Shown here in pieces: positions 30,885 to 41,376 of a DNA stretch of 64,000 bases (position 1 is the first letter of the stretch; the number at the start of each line of letters is the position of its first letter). A program made the position numbers and the translations under genes. Location: contig CAWBOS010000012.1 of the NCBI GenBank assembly GCA_963790475.1, positions 416,001 to 480,000 of the forward strand, in the 5' to 3' direction. The stretch is from an uncultured delta proteobacterium. GTDB taxonomy: Bacteria > Desulfobacterota > RBG-13-43-22. The notes under the pieces are model-generated. The model saw nothing but the letters and a program-made list of their open reading frames with translations, was not told the DNA's origin and ran no database searches.

Positions 30885-32039
30885 ATGGATAAACAGAACG
30901 GATTGACCGATCAACGGAAGGCCTTGCTCAAAGGGATAAAAAAGATCGTCATCAAAATCGGCAGTGCAGTCCTGACCGATAACGGGGTCTTGCATCATCC
31001 GACTATAGTCCGTCTGGCCGCTGATATCGCTTTTTTGAGAAAGAAAGGGTATCAAACGGTCATTGTCAGTTCCGGGGCCATTGCCTCCGGAGTGGGCAAG
31101 CTGGGTCTGAGCCGGAAACCCGATACGATTCCCCGGAAACAGGCCGTGGCGGCTATCGGGCAAGGAAGTTTGATGTATGCCTATGAAGAGGCCTTCAATA
31201 CCCATCAGTTGCTGGTGGCCCAGATACTATTGACCCGTGAAGACCTGACCAATCGTCAACGGTACTTGAATGCTCATAACACCTTGATCACCCTTCTGGA
31301 GTGGGGAATCATACCGATTATCAACGAAAATGATACCGTCGCGGTGGACGAAATCAAATTCGGAGATAATGACAATCTTTCAGCCTTGATCGCCCATTTA
31401 ATAGAAAGCGATTTGTTAATCGTCCTCACCGATACCGATGGACTTTATGATCGGGACCCCCGGGACGATTCCCGTGCCCGTTTAATTCCCGTGGTGGAAG
31501 AGGTGGATGATACGGTCGTCGAATACACATCGAATTTTTCAGGGCAATGGGGATTGGGAGGGATGCGCTCCAAGATTATGGCAGCCCGAAAGGTCACCGC
31601 CGGGGGTATTCCGGTCATTGTCGCCAGCGGCCGGAAAGAGGGGGTTTTACAGGAGATCATCAAAGGGAAACCCTTGGGCACCCTTTTTCTTCCTCAAAAA
31701 CCGACCCTGAGCCGGAAGAAACATTGGATCGCCTTTACCCTTAAACACAAAGGGGATATCATCGTCGATGAAGGGGCCAAAAAGGCGGTGCTGGAAAAGG
31801 GCAAGAGTTTGCTCCCTTCCGGGGTGATAGAAGTGAAGGGGCGTTTTGGGATCGGGGCCTGTGTCCGCCTGTTGGATCAAAAAGCCTGTGTGATCGGAAA
31901 AGGGTTGGTCAATTATTCGTCTTCGGATATAATAAAAATTCGCGGACTGAAAACCTCGGAAATCGAAGAGAGACTGGAATTTAAACATTCCGATGAAGTG
32001 ATCCACCGGGATAATATGGTCATTCAAGATAAAGAGTAA
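30885..32039 (+). CDS. proB: Glutamate 5-kinase
   Basis: VIKIGS, VSSGAI, PIINEND, FGDNDNL, PUA domain; start trimmed. Confidence 0.95.
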   Translation: MDKQNGLTDQRKALLKGIKKIVIKIGSAVLTDNGVLHHPTIVRLAADIAFLRKKGYQTVIVSSGAIASGVGKLGLSRKPDTIPRKQAVAAIGQGSLMYAYEEAFNTHQLLVAQILLTREDLTNRQRYLNAHNTLITLLEWGIIPIINENDTVAVDEIKFGDNDNLSALIAHLIESDLLIVLTDTDGLYDRDPRDDSRARLIPVVEEVDDTVVEYTSNFSGQWGLGGMRSKIMAARKVTAGGIPVIVASGRKEGVLQEIIKGKPLGTLFLPQKPTLSRKKHWIAFTLKHKGDIIVDEGAKKAVLEKGKSLLPSGVIEVKGRFGIGACVRLLDQKACVIGKGLVNYSSSDIIKIRGLKTSEIEERLEFKHSDEVIHRDNMVIQDKE

Positions 32040-32092
32040 ATGGTTCGGCGTTCGTTGACTAACACCGGATGTTTTATTAAAGGAGTTTTTCC

Positions 32093-33358
32093 ATGGACCT
32101 TAAAAATCAAATTCTGCAGATAGCCCGGAACGCCAAAGAGGCCTGTCCGGTCCTGGCCGGCCTTAATTCCAAACAGAAGAACCAGACCCTGGAACGGATG
32201 GCCCAGGTCCTGCTAAAACAATCCGGGATAATTTTGAAAGAAAATAAAAAAGACCTGGAACAGGCTAAGAAAGCCGGTCATCCTCCAGCCTTTATCGACC
32301 GCTTGCTTTTGACCGCGGGGACCCTTAAGGAAATGGCCCAGGGGCTTTTGGAAGTCGCTCAGTTACCCGATCCGGTGGGAGAGGTTACCGGAATGCAACT
32401 CCGCCCCAACGGCCTGCAGGTAGGACGTATGCGCATCCCCTTGGGGGTGATCGGATTCATTTACGAATCCCGCCCTAATGTGACGGTGGATGCTGCCGGA
32501 CTTTGTCTGAAATCCGGCAATGCCGTTATCCTGAAAGGCGGCAGCGAGGCCATCAGGTCCAACCTGGTCTTGACCAAAATACTTCAAGAATGCCTTATTC
32601 AGGAAGGGATTCCCCAAGGGGCCATTCAGATCATACCGACAACGGATCGGGAGGCTACCACCGAACTGTTGAAATTGGAAGAATATATCGATTTGGTGAT
32701 CCCCAGAGGGGGAGAGGGGCTGATCCGCACGGTAACGGCCCAGGCCCGTATGCCGGTCCTGAAACATTATAAAGGGGTTTGTCATGTTTTTGTGGATCAA
32801 GGGGCGGATTTGACCATGGCTTACCAGATTTGTCTCAACGCCAAGGTCCAACGCCCAGGGGTTTGTAATGCCATGGAAACCCTTTTGGTCCATCAAGATG
32901 CCGCAAAAGCCTTCCTTCCCGTGATGGCCAAACTTTTCCGAAAAGAAGGGGTTGAAATCCGGGGTTGTCCGGCCACACTTAAGATCATAGGAAAGGGAAA
33001 AGGGATTCGAGAAGCCGCAGAAGAAGACTGGTATGAAGAATACCTGGACCTGATCATTGCGGTTCGGGTGGTAAAAAATCTGAAAGAGGCCGTGGCCCAT
33101 ATCACCAAATATGGTTCCCAACATACAGAGGCCATCGTTACTCAAGATTACCAACGGGCCCATGACTTCATAAAATCAGTGGATTCTTCGGTCGTTCTGG
33201 TCAATGCCTCCACCCGTTTCAATGACGGAAATCAATTGGGCCTGGGAGCGGAAATCGGGATCAGCACCTCCAAACTGCATGCCTTCGGGCCTATGGGACT
33301 AAACGAACTGACCACCACCAAGTTTATTGTTTTTGGACAGGGGCAGGTGAGGGATTAA
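32093..33358 (+). CDS. proA: Glutamate-5-semialdehyde dehydrogenase
   Basis: [42 protein letters not shown]. Confidence 0.97.
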   Translation: MDLKNQILQIARNAKEACPVLAGLNSKQKNQTLERMAQVLLKQSGIILKENKKDLEQAKKAGHPPAFIDRLLLTAGTLKEMAQGLLEVAQLPDPVGEVTGMQLRPNGLQVGRMRIPLGVIGFIYESRPNVTVDAAGLCLKSGNAVILKGGSEAIRSNLVLTKILQECLIQEGIPQGAIQIIPTTDREATTELLKLEEYIDLVIPRGGEGLIRTVTAQARMPVLKHYKGVCHVFVDQGADLTMAYQICLNAKVQRPGVCNAMETLLVHQDAAKAFLPVMAKLFRKEGVEIRGCPATLKIIGKGKGIREAAEEDWYEEYLDLIIAVRVVKNLKEAVAHITKYGSQHTEAIVTQDYQRAHDFIKSVDSSVVLVNASTRFNDGNQLGLGAEIGISTSKLHAFGPMGLNELTTTKFIVFGQGQVRD

Positions 33359-33361
33359 AAG

Positions 33362-33607
33362 GCGAGAGGCGTGAGTTGAGAGGGAAAAGGCATGAGGCAC
33401 GAGGCGTGAGGCTGAAGGGAAGTAAAGTTCAAAGTTCAAAGCTCAAAGTTCAAAGTTTGAGAGACCGTACACAATCGATATCGAACTTGGATCTCAATGG
33501 ACAGGCTTCAAGAAATCAATCGGCAATCCGCAATCCGAAAAAGATGGGGGAAAAGAGAGAAAAATTTATCTCTCGTGCCTCACGCCTTGTCCGTCATGCC
33601 TCTCGTA
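33362..33607. repeat. Composite heptamer repeat tract overlapping the nadD 5' end
   Basis: GGCGAGA/GGCGTGA/GGCACGA, (AAAGTTC)n, (CAATCCG)n, then inverse arm CTCGTGCCTCACGCC. Confidence 0.7.
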
Positions 33608-34248
33608 TAGGTCTTTTCGGAGGGGCTTTCAATCCCATTCATTTTGGTCATCTCCGAGCGGCAATAGAAGTTCAGGAAGCCTTTTCCTTAAACCGGGTCT
33701 TATTTATACCCACAGCCTTTCCCCCCCACAAAGAAACCCAGAACCTGCTTCCTTTTGCCCACCGTTTGAAGATGATCCGCTTAGCTATTGACGGGCACCC
33801 TTTTCTTAAGATCTCAAATGTGGAGAAAAAGAGGGAAGGGAAGTCCTATTCTATCCAGACCTTGCGGTTCTTTAAAAAAAACCTGCCTTCCGGGGCGGAG
33901 CTTTTTTTTATCATCGGGATAGACGCCTTTGAGGAGATTGAAACCTGGAGAGAGTATCGAAATCTTTTTAAGTTATGTCATTTTGTAGTCATGGATCGCC
34001 CTGGTTATCGCCGGGACCGGATTAAAGAATTTATTCTTCAAAAAATATCTGGGGATATGATTTATTTCCCCAGAGAGGATCGCTTCCTACACCCTTCCGG
34101 GTTTTCAATTTATCTATTTCCCATAACCCTGATGGACATTTCCTCAACCCGAATCCGCCGGCTCAGGCAGAATAATCAAACCATCCGCTATCTCTTGCCC
34201 GAAGAAGTGGAACATTATATTATGGAAAGAAATTTTTATGCCGTCTAA
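33544..34248 (+). CDS. nadD: Nicotinate-nucleotide adenylyltransferase
   Basis: IGLFGGAFNPIHFGH, IIG.DAF, ISSTRIR; start uncertain. Confidence 0.92.
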   Translation: MGEKREKFISRASRLVRHASRIGLFGGAFNPIHFGHLRAAIEVQEAFSLNRVLFIPTAFPPHKETQNLLPFAHRLKMIRLAIDGHPFLKISNVEKKREGKSYSIQTLRFFKKNLPSGAELFFIIGIDAFEEIETWREYRNLFKLCHFVVMDRPGYRRDRIKEFILQKISGDMIYFPREDRFLHPSGFSIYLFPITLMDISSTRIRRLRQNNQTIRYLLPEEVEHYIMERNFYAV

Positions 34249-34630
34249 ACGTCATCCGAAAATATCCGCCCAGGAAAAGGCCCTGTTGCTGGCCCGGGTT
34301 GCTCTTCAAAAAAAACCCAGGGACCCCCTTCTGCTCGATGTCAGTAAAAGCTGCTCTTTTGCCGATTTCTTTTTAATCCTGAGCGGAACCTCGACCCGCC
34401 AGACCCAGGCGTTGTCCAGCCATCTGGAAGAAGCCTTGAGGAAGGAGGGAATTCGTCTCCGCGGGATAGAAGGAGTGGAAACCGGACAATGGATTTTGAT
34501 GGATTTCGATGAAGTGATCGTCCATATCTTTTTTGAATCGACCAGAGGATTCTATGATTTGGAGGGGTTGTGGATGGAGGCCCCGCGTCTGCCTATCCCT
34601 TCGAACGTTTCTCCTACGGAGCTCTCCTGA
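34238..34630 (+). CDS. rsfS: Ribosome silencing factor RsfS
   Basis: ADFF...SGTS.RQ, EG....WILMD...VIVHIF...R.FYDLE.LW. Confidence 0.93.
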   Translation: MPSKRHPKISAQEKALLLARVALQKKPRDPLLLDVSKSCSFADFFLILSGTSTRQTQALSSHLEEALRKEGIRLRGIEGVETGQWILMDFDEVIVHIFFESTRGFYDLEGLWMEAPRLPIPSNVSPTELS

Positions 34631-36180
34631 TGGCTTCCCGTCCCCTAATCCTCATTATCTTAGACGGCTGGGGTATAGGCCCGGATTATCCGGGGAATGC
34701 CGTGACCCAGGCGAAAACCCCAACGCTGGATTTCTTGTTTAAAACCCGACCCCATGCCCAACTGAAATGCTGGGGTGAATCGGTCGGTTTGCCAGAGGGA
34801 CAAATGGGTAATTCCGAGGTGGGACATCTTAACCTTGGGGCCGGTCGTATCGTCTATCAGGATATAACCCGTATTGACCTGGCCATCCGAAGGGGTGATT
34901 TTTATATCCATCCGGGTTTGCTGGCCATGATCAGGCAATGCCGGGATGAGGGAACGACTCTCCATCTCCTGGGTCTGGTTTCCGATGGCGGGGTTCACAG
35001 CCACATCAATCACCTGCTGGCCTTGCTTCATTTGGCTGAAAAAGAAAAATTAGAAAAGGTCATGATCCAGGTTATCACCGATGGGCGCGACACCCCCCCC
35101 AAAATGGGTCTGGAATTCATCCGTCAATTGCAGCAACAGATCCGGGAGATCGGGGTGGGCAGGATTGCCACCATTTGCGGTCGCTTCTTTGCCATGGACC
35201 GGGACAACCGCTGGGAAAGGGTGGAACGGGCTTTTCGGGCCTTGACTGAAGGGCAAGGGATTCTTATTCCGGACCCCGTTCAGGCCGTTGAAGAGGCCTA
35301 CCAAAACGGAGAATCAGATGAATTTATTTCCCCCCGCCTTATGATGGGAGAAACCGGCCGCCCGGTGGGGACGATTCAAGACGGGGATGCCGTTTTTTTC
35401 TTTAACTTCCGGGCCGACCGGGCCAGAGAAATCACCCGGGCCTTTATCGAACCGGATTTTACTGCTTTTCCCGTTGCCGGACGTCCGAAACTATCAACCT
35501 TTATGACAATGACCGAGTTTGACACCCATTTTTCTCCCGGAGTGAAGGTGGCCTTTCTCCCGCAAAATCTGGTTCATACCCTGGGAGAAACCATTAGTCG
35601 TCAAGGGATCCGTCAGCTTCGGATTGCTGAGACCGAAAAATATGCCCATGTGACCTATTTTTTCAATGGGGGCATAGAAACCCCATTCCCCTTGGAGGAG
35701 CGCTGTCTGATTCCCTCAACCCGGGATGTGCCCACCTATGATCTAAAACCGGCCATGAGCGCTCCGGAAGTGACCCTGGAGATCATCAACAGGATAAATT
35801 CCGGTCGCTATGGATTTATGGTCTTAAATTATGCCAACCTGGATATGGTCGGTCACACCGGCATTTTGGATGCGGCCATCAAGGCTTGTGAGGTGGTAGA
35901 TGCCTGTTTGGGACAGGTGATCTCAGCTGTTTCCGATCAAGGAGGGATTGTAATATTAACCGCGGATCACGGTAATGCCGAGGAGATGATCGACCGCAAA
36001 CATGGAGGCCCTCATACGGCGCATACCTCGAGCAATCCGGTCCCTGTTTTGTTGATAGATCCGGAGCGGCCCAAGATACGGCTCAAGAACGGTATTTTGG
36101 CCGATGTGGCTCCCACCATATTGACACTCCTGAATATCCCAATCCCGGAGGAGATGACCGGGGAGTGTCTCCTGGAATGA
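34630..36180 (+). CDS. gpmI: 2,3-BPG-independent phosphoglycerate mutase
   Basis: ILDGWG, GQMGNSEVGH, SDGGVHSH, AETEKYAHVT, DMVGHTG, ADHGNAE. Confidence 0.96.
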   Translation: MASRPLILIILDGWGIGPDYPGNAVTQAKTPTLDFLFKTRPHAQLKCWGESVGLPEGQMGNSEVGHLNLGAGRIVYQDITRIDLAIRRGDFYIHPGLLAMIRQCRDEGTTLHLLGLVSDGGVHSHINHLLALLHLAEKEKLEKVMIQVITDGRDTPPKMGLEFIRQLQQQIREIGVGRIATICGRFFAMDRDNRWERVERAFRALTEGQGILIPDPVQAVEEAYQNGESDEFISPRLMMGETGRPVGTIQDGDAVFFFNFRADRAREITRAFIEPDFTAFPVAGRPKLSTFMTMTEFDTHFSPGVKVAFLPQNLVHTLGETISRQGIRQLRIAETEKYAHVTYFFNGGIETPFPLEERCLIPSTRDVPTYDLKPAMSAPEVTLEIINRINSGRYGFMVLNYANLDMVGHTGILDAAIKACEVVDACLGQVISAVSDQGGIVILTADHGNAEEMIDRKHGGPHTAHTSSNPVPVLLIDPERPKIRLKNGILADVAPTILTLLNIPIPEEMTGECLLE

Positions 36181-36264
36181 AAATTTAAATGCAAGATACT
36201 GAATGCAGGATGATCGATGGATGGCCTGGATCCTGCATCCGGCATCAAATTCTTAGAGAATCGG

Positions 36265-37702
36265 ATGCGCAAATATTTCCTTAAGATTTTTATCGGGTTT
36301 ATAGTTACTCTCCTTTTTGTTCCCTTTAATCCCTGGATTTCCTTTAGTGGAAACTATGGCTATGCCCTGACCACCACAGAGGAACAGAAATTAGGAGAAG
36401 AGGTGCTCCGGGAAGTGGAAGGCTAAATTTTCCCTGATCCGGGACCCTTTGATTCTGGAATATCTCAACAAGCTGGGTCAGGACATCCTCAAACAAGCCG
36501 GTCCTCAGCCCTATCCTTTCCATTTTTATCTCTTGAAAGATCCTCAACTGAATGCCTTTTCCGTACCGGGAGGACATGTCTTTGTAACCACCGGCATTCT
36601 TGAAATCATGGACTCGGAAGGCGAACTGGCCGGCTTACTCGGCCACGAAATCGCCCATGTCACCCACCACCACGTTTCAAAACAGATTGAACAACAAAAA
36701 AAGATCGGCCTGGCCACTATAGCCGCCGCTTTGCTCGGCGTTTTGGCCGGGGACCCCAGGATAGCCAGTGCGGCCATTGCCGGTTCTATGGCCACAGCTC
36801 AGACCTTGATGCTTACCTACAGCCGCGAAGACGAAGACGAGGCCGATAATTTTGGATTCAAATATATGTCCAAGGCGGGGTTCAATCCCCAGACTATGAT
36901 CGACCTGCTCGACAAACTTCGACGCTGGGGGTCTTTTGGTTCAGAAGGAATCCCGGCCTACATGCAAACCCATCCCCTGACCGGAGACCGAATGTCGCAT
37001 GTTGAAGATTTATTGCACCAGTATGCGGACCAGGGTCCATGGAAGCGGATGAGTTCCGATGAGTTTCGCCGTCTCCAAACCCTCACCCTGACCAAGTATG
37101 GAGATTTACAGCGGGCCCGGAATCTTTTTCAGTCCTGGTCCAAGGACACCCAGAATCAATTCTGGATCTATTATGGTCAGGGCTGGATCGACATCCGGGA
37201 AGGAAAATTCGACGCCGCCATCGACCAATTCGAAAAGGCGTTTAGTCTCAGGCCGCAGGACACCTATATCCAGAGAGACCTGGGACAGGTCTTCTTAATA
37301 AAAGGGGACTTTGAAAAGGCCATCCAAAAATTGAGTCAGTCCTCCCTTCTTGATCCTAAAGACGGGACTACCGCCTTTTTGCTGGGCCGGGCCTACCAGG
37401 AAAAAGGAGAAAATCACTTAGCCCTGGAAAATTTTCAAAAGGCCCTGAAACTCGGTTTGGAGGGTGAGGACCTTCATTATTATTTGGGTATGATTTACGG
37501 AAACTTGAACAATCTGGGACAGGCCCATTATCATTTTGGTAAATCATTCGGTTTGAAAGGAGATCGAGGGAAGGCCTTGTTTCATTTTAAAACCGCCTTG
37601 AGATATGTTGAAAAAGATCCGGCCCAAAAAGACCAGATAGAAAAGGAAATTAAAAACCTGGAATCGGAGAAGGTTGGAGCAAAGAAGCCCAATCCTCAAT
37701 AA
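36265..37702 (+). pseudogene. M48 metalloprotease with TPR (BepA/YfgC-like), one +1 frameshift near 36421
   Basis: Signal-peptide ORF 36265-36426 joins the 36449 frame (EVE-AKFSLIRDPLILEYL) if one base is removed; NAF..PGG, HEIAH, YSRE.E.EAD, THP. Confidence 0.75.
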
Positions 37703-37731
37703 AAAGGGGGTGGCCAGTAGAGACTATCAAT

Positions 37732-38169
37732 TCATTTTTTTGGAATTTCAGCTCCCGCGATCCGGTTCAGATATTTTTCCAATGTTTCGTAAGGGGCCAG
37801 GGCCGGGCAGGAATTGCGGGCTGTTTCCCAGTTGATCTGATCGATAAGCATGGGCGGGAAAAAGGGCCATTGTCGACAGGGAGCGGGTTTGACTTCATGG
37901 ATGGTGCATCGACCTTTTTGGGAAAAATGACAATAGCCGTCTTCCCGGATGTGGATATAAGTCCTCCCATTTTTCTTGAGGCAGAATTTTTCAAGAAACC
38001 TCTGTTGAGAAAGATTTAAAAATTTAGAGATGCGGTCGATCTCTTTCCGGGAAAGATAAATCCCCCCTTCTCCCCGGCAGCAAGTCCCGCATTGGGTGCA
38101 CTCAAACAGGTCCAGGGCCTTATGGAATAACAAGCTGTTGACTTTGGGGAATCTTGCCTTTTGCGTCAT
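37732..38169 (-). CDS. YkgJ-family cysteine cluster protein
   Basis: FECTQCGTCC, C.F....CTIH..KP..CR.WPF; start trimmed because the extension lies in a MITE. Confidence 0.85.
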   Translation of the reverse strand: MTQKARFPKVNSLLFHKALDLFECTQCGTCCRGEGGIYLSRKEIDRISKFLNLSQQRFLEKFCLKKNGRTYIHIREDGYCHFSQKGRCTIHEVKPAPCRQWPFFPPMLIDQINWETARNSCPALAPYETLEKYLNRIAGAEIPKK

Positions 38170-38199
38170 TAATCTATTTCCACGGTATGTCTCAGACTT

Positions 38200-38477
38200 G
38201 ATGGATTCGCAACGAGCCGTCATTGCGGCGAAGAGGCTGTGTCACAATTGCATTTATGTCATTCCGTGCAAGCGAAGCGCGACACGGAATCCAGTATTTC
38301 CAATAAGTTCTGGATACCGGCTTTCGCCGGTATGGCGACTTTGAGGGCGCTTTAAGTAATTACGACACAGCCTCCAAGGCGGGAATCCAGCTATGTGTAA
38401 CTTATTAAAAATACAGGATTTCAATTTTTACTTAAATGACGGAATTCGGCTTCTAACGATTTTTTTGCGAACTTTTC
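38200..38477. mobile_element. Outer degenerate MITE interrupted by a nested MITE
   Basis: GATGGATTCGCAACGAGCC / GATTTTTTTGCGAACTTTTC ends resemble the 44745 element; REP arm GTCATTGCGGCGAA..GGCGGGAATCCAG is split. Confidence 0.55.
38233..38374. mobile_element. Inner 142-bp MITE with REP-like core
   Basis: TIR GAGGCTGTGTCACAATT / AATTACGACACAGCCTC (15/17); core GTCATTCCGTG..CACGGAATCCAG..CTGGATACCGGCTTTCGCCGGTATG. Confidence 0.75.
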
Positions 38478-38546
38478 ACCATGATGGAATGTTTTAATCG
38501 AACCCTGCACGGATTGTCAAGGGGGTTTCTGTTTCCAATATTTTAA

Positions 38547-38575
38547 TTGACAAATTGCCAAAAGGAAAGTATTTT
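38547..38575 (+). promoter_or_regulatory. Sigma-70 promoter of rpsF operon
   Basis: TTGACA-N17-TATTTT. Confidence 0.65.
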
Positions 38576-38583
38576 ATTAATTT

Positions 38584-38624
38584 CCCCTTGCTCCCATTAG
38601 GGGGCTTTAACAGCCATAAGGAGG
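38584..38624 (+). promoter_or_regulatory. Putative S6:S18 ribosomal protein leader
   Basis: CCTT can pair with the AAGGAGG RBS around a GCTCCC/GGGGGC inner hairpin just before rpsF. Confidence 0.5.
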
Positions 38625-38628
38625 AAGT

Positions 38629-39057
38629 ATGAGGAGATATGATCTTATTTTTATCGTTCAGCCGGAACTGAGCGATGAGGAAACCAAGGCCGTTTCGGAT
38701 CGGCATCTTCAGATTATAACGGCGCAAAAAGGAATCATTATAAAGACCGAAGACTGGGGCAAACGCCGATTGGCCTATGATATCAAAAAGCAATCCAGGG
38801 GGACCTATATCCTGGTTGATTTTTACGGCCCTGGCTCCATGATTCGGGAGATTGAACGAAATCTCAAAATAGATGATAACATACTGAAATTTATAACAGT
38901 AAAGACCAGAGACCCTTTTGATCCTGCAACCCTGGAAGAAGAAAGAAAAAAAGAACAACTCCTTCAGGAGGCCCAAATTCCTCCCGATGAACCTGAGCCG
39001 GCCGTAACCCAGGAAGCGGTTGGGGAAGAAATCGATTCAGAAAAGGAAGGAGAATAG
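38629..39057 (+). CDS. rpsF: 30S ribosomal protein S6
   Basis: MRRYD..FI..P, WGKRRLAY.I.K. Confidence 0.96.
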   Translation: MRRYDLIFIVQPELSDEETKAVSDRHLQIITAQKGIIIKTEDWGKRRLAYDIKKQSRGTYILVDFYGPGSMIREIERNLKIDDNILKFITVKTRDPFDPATLEEERKKEQLLQEAQIPPDEPEPAVTQEAVGEEIDSEKEGE

Positions 39058-39060
39058 ATC

Positions 39061-39312
39061 ATGCTGCAACCCAGAAGAAAAAAAAGAATTTTCCCCCGCC
39101 GGAAGGTCTGCCGTTTTTGTGCCGACAGTACGATGATCATTGACTATAAAGATTCTAAGCTATTGAAGCACTTTACTTCCGAAAGGGGAAAGATAATCCC
39201 TCGGAGGATCACCGGAAATTGTGCCAAACATCAGCGGGAATTAACTGCAGCTATTAAAAGGGCTCGTCAGATCGCCCTGTTGCCCTATCTGGCCACCTCC
39301 GTTCAACATTAA
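39061..39312 (+). CDS. rpsR: 30S ribosomal protein S18 (Zn-binding type)
   Basis: [32 protein letters not shown]. Confidence 0.97.
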   Translation: MLQPRRKKRIFPRRKVCRFCADSTMIIDYKDSKLLKHFTSERGKIIPRRITGNCAKHQRELTAAIKRARQIALLPYLATSVQH

Positions 39313-39557
39313 TAAGATCGGATTTAAGGATTCGAAGCCAATCCAGTTATGATGGACTCGCCAAGACTCCATCATGTATTTGTTTGTGGTGAGGAATGAC
39401 GGGTTTGTATCCAGAACTGTCAATGAATAGTTCCGAACCGTAACTTTGTCCCGTGCTTCTTTCCTTTTTTCCCCTTGATCGGGTCATCATCTCGAAAGCT
39501 TGCCTTAGGCGAATAAATCATATAAAATTACTCTATCATCTTCAGGAGGTTTGGATT

Positions 39558-40004
39558 ATGAAAGTTATTTTGAAAGAAGATATTTCTACCTTGGGGAAGG
39601 CCGGTGACCTGGTAGAGGTGACTCGAGGATATGGTAGAAATTTTTTGATCCCTCAGGGAAAAGCCCTGGAAGCCACCCCGCAACACCAAAAGCAGTTGGA
39701 AGAGCAAAGGCGGATTATCTTAAAAAGAAAAGCTCAAGAGCTGGAAAGTGCTCGAACACAGGCCGAAAAATTTGAGTTATTGACCCTTGAATTGTTCCGC
39801 AAGGTACAAGAAGAAGGGAAGATATATGGATCGGTCTCGGCCAAAGATCTGATGGAAAAATTGGCCGAGCAAAATATTTTGCTGGATCGTAAAAAGATTT
39901 CTTTAAAGGACCCGATCCGCAGTCTGGGTAATTATGAAGTGCCTATCAAACTGGAGGCCGGGGTCACCGCAACCCTAAAGGTATCTATAGTCGAAGCGAA
40001 ATAA
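39558..40004 (+). CDS. rplI: 50S ribosomal protein L9
   Basis: MKVIL..D...LG..GD.V.V..GYGRNFLIP, YGSVS; AGGAGG RBS. Confidence 0.97.
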   Translation: MKVILKEDISTLGKAGDLVEVTRGYGRNFLIPQGKALEATPQHQKQLEEQRRIILKRKAQELESARTQAEKFELLTLELFRKVQEEGKIYGSVSAKDLMEKLAEQNILLDRKKISLKDPIRSLGNYEVPIKLEAGVTATLKVSIVEAK

Positions 40005-40011
40005 AACCCCC

Positions 40012-41364
40012 ATGAGCAATGAGGATTCGGCCAATTTGAAAATCCCTCCCCAGAACCTTGAGGCAGAGCAGTCGGTTCTGGGAAGTGTCCTACTGGAGCC
40101 GGAAGCGCTCTCCCGGGTCCTGGAGGTCATGACCGGCGATGATTTCTATCGTGAGGCCCACCGCAAGATATTTTCCTCCATGCTGGATCTTTATCGAAAA
40201 GGGACTCCGGTCGATCTGATTACCCTTACCGAAATTCTACAGAATAAAGGACAATTGGATGAAATCGGAGGGGCCAGCTATCTTACCTCGTTGACTGATG
40301 CCATTCCCTCGGCCATTCATGTTGATGTCTATGCCCGGATAATCCGGGAAAAGTCCATCCTGCGCCGCTTGATTAACCGGGCCACGGAGATTGCCAGCAA
40401 GGGGTATCGCTTTAGCGGTGATGCCGAGGACTTGTTGGATGAGGCCGAAAAGACGATCTTTGAAATTTCAGAAGACAAGATCAACCCCCTGGTTTATCCT
40501 CTGAGCCAAATAATTAAAGAAAGCATGCCGGTCCTCGAAAATTTGTACGACCGCAAAGAAATGGTAACCGGAGTCCCTAGCGGGTTCACCCGGTTGGACA
40601 AACTCACCTCCGGCTTTCAAAACTCCGACCTGGTCATCATCGCCGGTCGCCCCAGTATGGGGAAAACGGCTTTTGCCTTGAATATAGCCCGAAATGCCGC
40701 TGTGGATTATGAAGTCCCGGTGGTGATTTTTTCTTTGGAGATGTCCAGACAGCAACTGGCCATACGGATGATTTGCAGTGAGGCTAAGGTGGATTCCAAT
40801 AAAGTGCGGACCGGCTTTTTCGGAGACCGGGAATGGCCCAAGCTGACCGCTGCCGCTGGGCATCTATCCGAGGCCCCCATCTTTATAGATGATTCGCCGA
40901 CCATGACCGTATTGCAGATGCGGGCCAAGGCCCGGCGTCTAAGATCCGAGCGGGGTCTGGGCATGGTGGTGATCGATTACCTCCAGTTAATGAAGGGGAG
41001 AGAAGGCAGTGAGCGACGGGAACAGGAAATTTCCGAGATCTCCAGATCCTTAAAGGCCCTGGCCAAAGAATTGAATATTCCGGTTATCGCCTTATCTCAG
41101 CTCAATCGCCGGCCTGAAGGCCGGGACGATAAAAAGCCGGTTCTGGCCGATCTCAGAGAATCAGGGGCCATTGAGCAGGACGCCGATGTGATCTGTTTCA
41201 TCTTTCGAGAAGAGATGTACGATGAAAATTCCAAAAACAAGGGAGTCGCTGAAATTTTACTCCGAAAGCATCGCAACGGACCGACCGGTTCGGTTCCCCT
41301 GAAATTTTTTAGTGAGCAGACAAGGTTTGAAGATTTGGCGTTTGACCTTGAAGAACCCTTGTAA
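40012..41364 (+). CDS. dnaB: Replicative DNA helicase
   Basis: PPQNLEAEQSVLG, GRPSMGKT, IDYLQL, LSQLNR, DLRESGAIEQDAD; no intein. Confidence 0.98.
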   Translation: MSNEDSANLKIPPQNLEAEQSVLGSVLLEPEALSRVLEVMTGDDFYREAHRKIFSSMLDLYRKGTPVDLITLTEILQNKGQLDEIGGASYLTSLTDAIPSAIHVDVYARIIREKSILRRLINRATEIASKGYRFSGDAEDLLDEAEKTIFEISEDKINPLVYPLSQIIKESMPVLENLYDRKEMVTGVPSGFTRLDKLTSGFQNSDLVIIAGRPSMGKTAFALNIARNAAVDYEVPVVIFSLEMSRQQLAIRMICSEAKVDSNKVRTGFFGDREWPKLTAAAGHLSEAPIFIDDSPTMTVLQMRAKARRLRSERGLGMVVIDYLQLMKGREGSERREQEISEISRSLKALAKELNIPVIALSQLNRRPEGRDDKKPVLADLRESGAIEQDADVICFIFREEMYDENSKNKGVAEILLRKHRNGPTGSVPLKFFSEQTRFEDLAFDLEEPL

Positions 41365-41376
41365 AAGGACTCGATA

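Noticed and set aside
32363-33163. 266-aa minus-strand ORF
   Set aside because: Antisense shadow of proA
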